Shown here in pieces: positions 56,113-58,638 of a stretch of 58,638 nucleotides of DNA. The stretch is from a virus (lineage: Duplodnaviria; Caudoviricetes), in the IMG/VR virus record IMGVR_UViG_3300042868_006575, positions 1 to 58,638 of that record. The stretch is one strand, 5' to 3'. Each line of letters starts with the position of its first letter. Within the stretch, counting starts at the first letter, position 1. Both the position numbers and the translations under genes were made by a program. The notes beneath the pieces are model-generated. The model saw only the letters and a program-made list of their open reading frames with translations. It was not told the DNA's origin and made no database searches.

Positions 56113-56736
56113 TTATTTGTTTGTTTCTATTATATCGTAATAAAATGAATTGGTATCTTCTGCAACCCATCTATCCGATTGGTTCTCTACGGAAGGAAGT
56201 TCAGTATCTACCTTATACTGCTTCAAATCATCTGGGAGTGGCTTGGTTACAAAGTTGGAGTCTTTCCAGAATATCCTATTGTTTGGCATACATAACAAAT
56301 ATCCATCATCAGACTCTAATACATGACCGCATTTATAGTCGGAAGGTTCATCACTATACGGGTTATTATACCAGTCAATAGTAAATATATATGTAGCCCA
56401 TACCTTAGTACTATCTCTTAATACTACCTGAGCCCTATGAAATGCTAGGAAATCATATTCAACTACCGATACATTCTCACTAAAACAATCCCATAGCTGC
56501 TTGTAGTTAAATGGTATATCGTTGGTTGGTATCTTAGCATATATCTCTGACAATGGCACTCTGCTCCTTAACATACCGGAATCGGTTAAGACATGGAACG
56601 TAAGTATCTTACCAGATACCGATTGTATACCGAATACATAGACATTGTAATATTCATTAGTATCGTTTTGATCCTTTGTGAAATAGGACTTCTTTACTAA
56701 TGCTTTGAAGCTGGGTATGTTTGAGTTCAATTTCAT
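56113..56736 (-). CDS. Conserved aquatic-phage hypothetical protein
   Basis: LNSNIP, QLWDCFS, YIFTIDW, KCGH, PNNRI motifs. Confidence 0.75.
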   Translation of the reverse strand: MKLNSNIPSFKALVKKSYFTKDQNDTNEYYNVYVFGIQSVSGKILTFHVLTDSGMLRSRVPLSEIYAKIPTNDIPFNYKQLWDCFSENVSVVEYDFLAFHRAQVVLRDSTKVWATYIFTIDWYNNPYSDEPSDYKCGHVLESDDGYLLCMPNNRIFWKDSNFVTKPLPDDLKQYKVDTELPSVENQSDRWVAEDTNSFYYDIIETNK

Positions 56737-56945
56737 ATTGTTTCTGGTTTGTAGTTATCAATATCAAAGTAGCCGGAAGGGGTTTTATACTCATGCCTTC
56801 TACCTCTTTTCTTTAATGGCTCATATCCCATTGATTTGTAATATGTCAATATCTGCAAATAAGTTAGGTTGATATTGGGTATCATCATGGATATTGGCTC
56901 ATGCTGGTAGTTTTCATCTATGTATTGTTTTTGTAAATCGGTCAT
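56733..56945 (-). CDS. Hypothetical protein
   Basis: 70-aa coupled ORF. Confidence 0.65.
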   Translation of the reverse strand: MTDLQKQYIDENYQHEPISMMIPNINLTYLQILTYYKSMGYEPLKKRGRRHEYKTPSGYFDIDNYKPETI

Positions 56946-56950
56946 GGTTT

Positions 56951-57178
56951 TTAGTTTATATCCGTTAATGACATTGGCTTGATTACCACTTCTACCTTAC
57001 GAGGCTCAGATGGTTTGCCTAACATTCGGATCCAGTTATTAATAATTTCAGTTCTTTGAGCTTTGCTTTTAAATTGAGAGCTTTTATGAAAAACATCATT
57101 TACCCATAATTCAATAATTCCGCTAAATTTTAGTTCCTGTTTTTTGTTTTCCAAAATGTCCTTTTTCTTTTTCATCAA
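56951..57178 (-). CDS. Hypothetical protein
   Basis: 75-aa ORF in minus-strand run. Confidence 0.55.
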   Translation of the reverse strand: MMKKKKDILENKKQELKFSGIIELWVNDVFHKSSQFKSKAQRTEIINNWIRMLGKPSEPRKVEVVIKPMSLTDIN

Positions 57179-57314
57179 AATCGCCCCCCGTATAAGCTAA
57201 TAGCTTTTCTTTTAAGTAATTTACTTCATTTTTTAATAATTCAATTCTTTCTTTCAAATAATCGTTTTCCATTTCTGTTATGGCAGATTTTGAAATTTGG
57301 TATTTGTTTTTCAT
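57123..57314 (-). CDS. Small coiled-coil protein
   Basis: ENDYLKERIELLKNEVNYLKEKL. Confidence 0.6.
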   Translation of the reverse strand: MKNKYQISKSAITEMENDYLKERIELLKNEVNYLKEKLLAYTGGDFDEKEKGHFGKQKTGTKI

Positions 57315-57511
57315 TAGATCAGTAGCATGGCCTCCTTATCCAGATAAGCAGTTAGTAACTGGCTTTCTTCGGCGTATATGTCTGCTTCTGTCATGCCGTC
57401 TTTGGCTAATCTAAATTTGTAAAGGCCAATGATTACTTCACATGTTTTTAATTGTTCTAGGTTGGTGCATGAGTTAATGCAGTTAATTACCCATTCTAAA
57501 TTTGTTTTCAT
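57314..57511 (-). CDS. Hypothetical protein
   Basis: WVINCINSCTNLEQL; coupled to next gene. Confidence 0.7.
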   Translation of the reverse strand: MKTNLEWVINCINSCTNLEQLKTCEVIIGLYKFRLAKDGMTEADIYAEESQLLTAYLDKEAMLLI

Positions 57512-57530
57512 TATTAATTGTTTTTATTGG

Positions 57531-58163
57531 TTAAAAATTTAATCTTTCATTAATTATATTAAAATATTTTTCATCTATTTCGTATCCAATATAATTATAT
57601 CCTAATTCTTTTGCAACTTTTAATGTAGTTCCGCTTCCGGCAAAGGGATCTATTATTACATCTTCTTTTTTTGCAGTGGTTAATATAATTCTTTTCATTA
57701 CTTCTTCAGGTATTTGGCACGGATGTTCTGTTTTTTCTTTGGATACGTTTTTAACTTGTTGTATTTCCCACCAGTCATAAAGTTTTGCTCCCGTTTTACC
57801 TTTGGCTATTAATGATTTAACCCTTTTGTCATTTGGGTTTTTATAGGGTTGAGTAACTTTAGAAAAATCTGGTTTGCAACCCCACCAGCTTATTAATCTG
57901 CTTTGTTTTCCGGTGTTAGAATTATATACCCATGTAACCACTTGCTCGCATTTACCAAAAATAAGCGGCAATATATTAATAGTTTCTTCCGGATAGTGTA
58001 TAATAACGCATGGCTTTTTTATGTGGCCTAATAGCTTAATATAGTTATCCAATGATATCCTATCATTATATTCATTGTAATGATAATTTTGATTATATGG
58101 TGGATCTGTAATTGTAATACCTTTAGGGTATTCTTCATTTGTAAAATCTTTATTAAAAATCAT
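57531..58163 (-). CDS. N6-adenine/N4-cytosine DNA methyltransferase (beta class), solitary
   Basis: TDPPY, HPCQIP, DPFAGSGTT, GYEID. Confidence 0.92.
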   Translation of the reverse strand: MIFNKDFTNEEYPKGITITDPPYNQNYHYNEYNDRISLDNYIKLLGHIKKPCVIIHYPEETINILPLIFGKCEQVVTWVYNSNTGKQSRLISWWGCKPDFSKVTQPYKNPNDKRVKSLIAKGKTGAKLYDWWEIQQVKNVSKEKTEHPCQIPEEVMKRIILTTAKKEDVIIDPFAGSGTTLKVAKELGYNYIGYEIDEKYFNIINERLNF

Positions 58164-58164
58164 A

Positions 58165-58365
58165 TTAAAATTTAATGTCTACACTTAAAATATGTATTCT
58201 TCCTACCTTCTTATATTTTATTACTTCTGGTAAAGGTAAGCCATTATTTATTCGGTATTTAACGGCCGAGTGTGTTATTGGGCGGTCTGGATACTTCCTA
58301 TTGGCTCTAAATAATTGAGGGTTAATCTTTTCGGTGTACTCTTGTATGCTTATTTGCTTAATCAT
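58165..58365 (-). CDS. Small putative DNA-binding protein
   Basis: ITHSAVKYRINNG HTH-like. Confidence 0.55.
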   Translation of the reverse strand: MIKQISIQEYTEKINPQLFRANRKYPDRPITHSAVKYRINNGLPLPEVIKYKKVGRIHILSVDIKF

Positions 58366-58567
58366 TGTCTTGATCCTCCTTTTTTTCAGTAGTTTGTAGC
58401 ACTTCTATCTTCTTTAATTCGCCTTTGTTTACAATATGGTTATACTTATCCAGCGCTCTTTGGTGGTCGCTATGTCCACTATCGGCTACATATTCCCCGT
58501 CTTTTCGGGTATAATACCAGTCGAGAGATCCAAAATGTTCTTCTTTAATAAATTCGTACTTTGTCAT
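58358..58567 (-). CDS. Hypothetical protein
   Basis: 69-aa ORF overlapping next gene. Confidence 0.65.
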   Translation of the reverse strand: MTKYEFIKEEHFGSLDWYYTRKDGEYVADSGHSDHQRALDKYNHIVNKGELKKIEVLQTTEKKEDQDND

Positions 58568-58638
58568 GTTGTTAGGGGTTAAATTTTAGTTAATTCATAA
58601 GGTATTGCGTCTAATCCATAACCGCAAGTATATCCATG

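Noticed and set aside
741-56381. Numerous short ORFs antisense to or nested in long genes (e.g. 741..980, 6916..7224, 11654..11947, 40965..41348, 52551..52874, 56121..56381)
   Set aside because: Fully overlap well-supported genes and show no recognisable motifs.
57531-58163. Restriction-modification system
   Set aside because: No adjacent restriction endonuclease; orphan phage methylases are common.
1-58638. Stop-codon reassignment as in some crAss-like phages
   Set aside because: Long genes are intact in the standard code and TAG/TGA end genes right at the next start.
1-58638. tRNA genes, integrase, reverse transcriptase/DGR
   Set aside because: None recognised by eye; intergenic gaps are short. 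tRNAscan-SE and HMM searches would be needed to exclude them fully.

Overview
The whole window is a large part of an AT-rich tailed dsDNA phage genome, standard genetic code. It has a podovirus/crAss-like-related virion module: terminase, ~800-aa portal, scaffold, major capsid protein, ring/tail-tubular proteins, P22-gp10-like muzzle, large ejection proteins and an S74-chaperone tail fibre. A Bacteroidota host is inferred from TAnnTTTG promoters, A-rich non-Shine-Dalgarno starts and a BT4734-type primase-helicase. Order: short early/recombination genes (YqaJ exonuclease, NinG, PAPS-reductase family), HTH regulator, initiator, primase-helicase, SSB; structural block (10-42.9 kb); glycosylation/accessory block with a free-standing NUMOD3 endonuclease; lysis cassette (GH19 endolysin); a second glycosylation block; small minus-strand genes with a DNA methylase. 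The main candidate novel system is phage-encoded virion O-glycosylation. Six likely virion proteins carry mucin-like poly-Thr(-AAP) tags and the tail fibre has long Gly-Thr/Ser-Ser tracts. The genome also encodes four glycosyltransferase genes, two resembling protein O-glycosyltransferases (AAH/TibC heptosyltransferase type and plant SERGT1/HPAT type), plus two SAM methyltransferase domains. All family assignments are by motif recognition from memory, not database searches.
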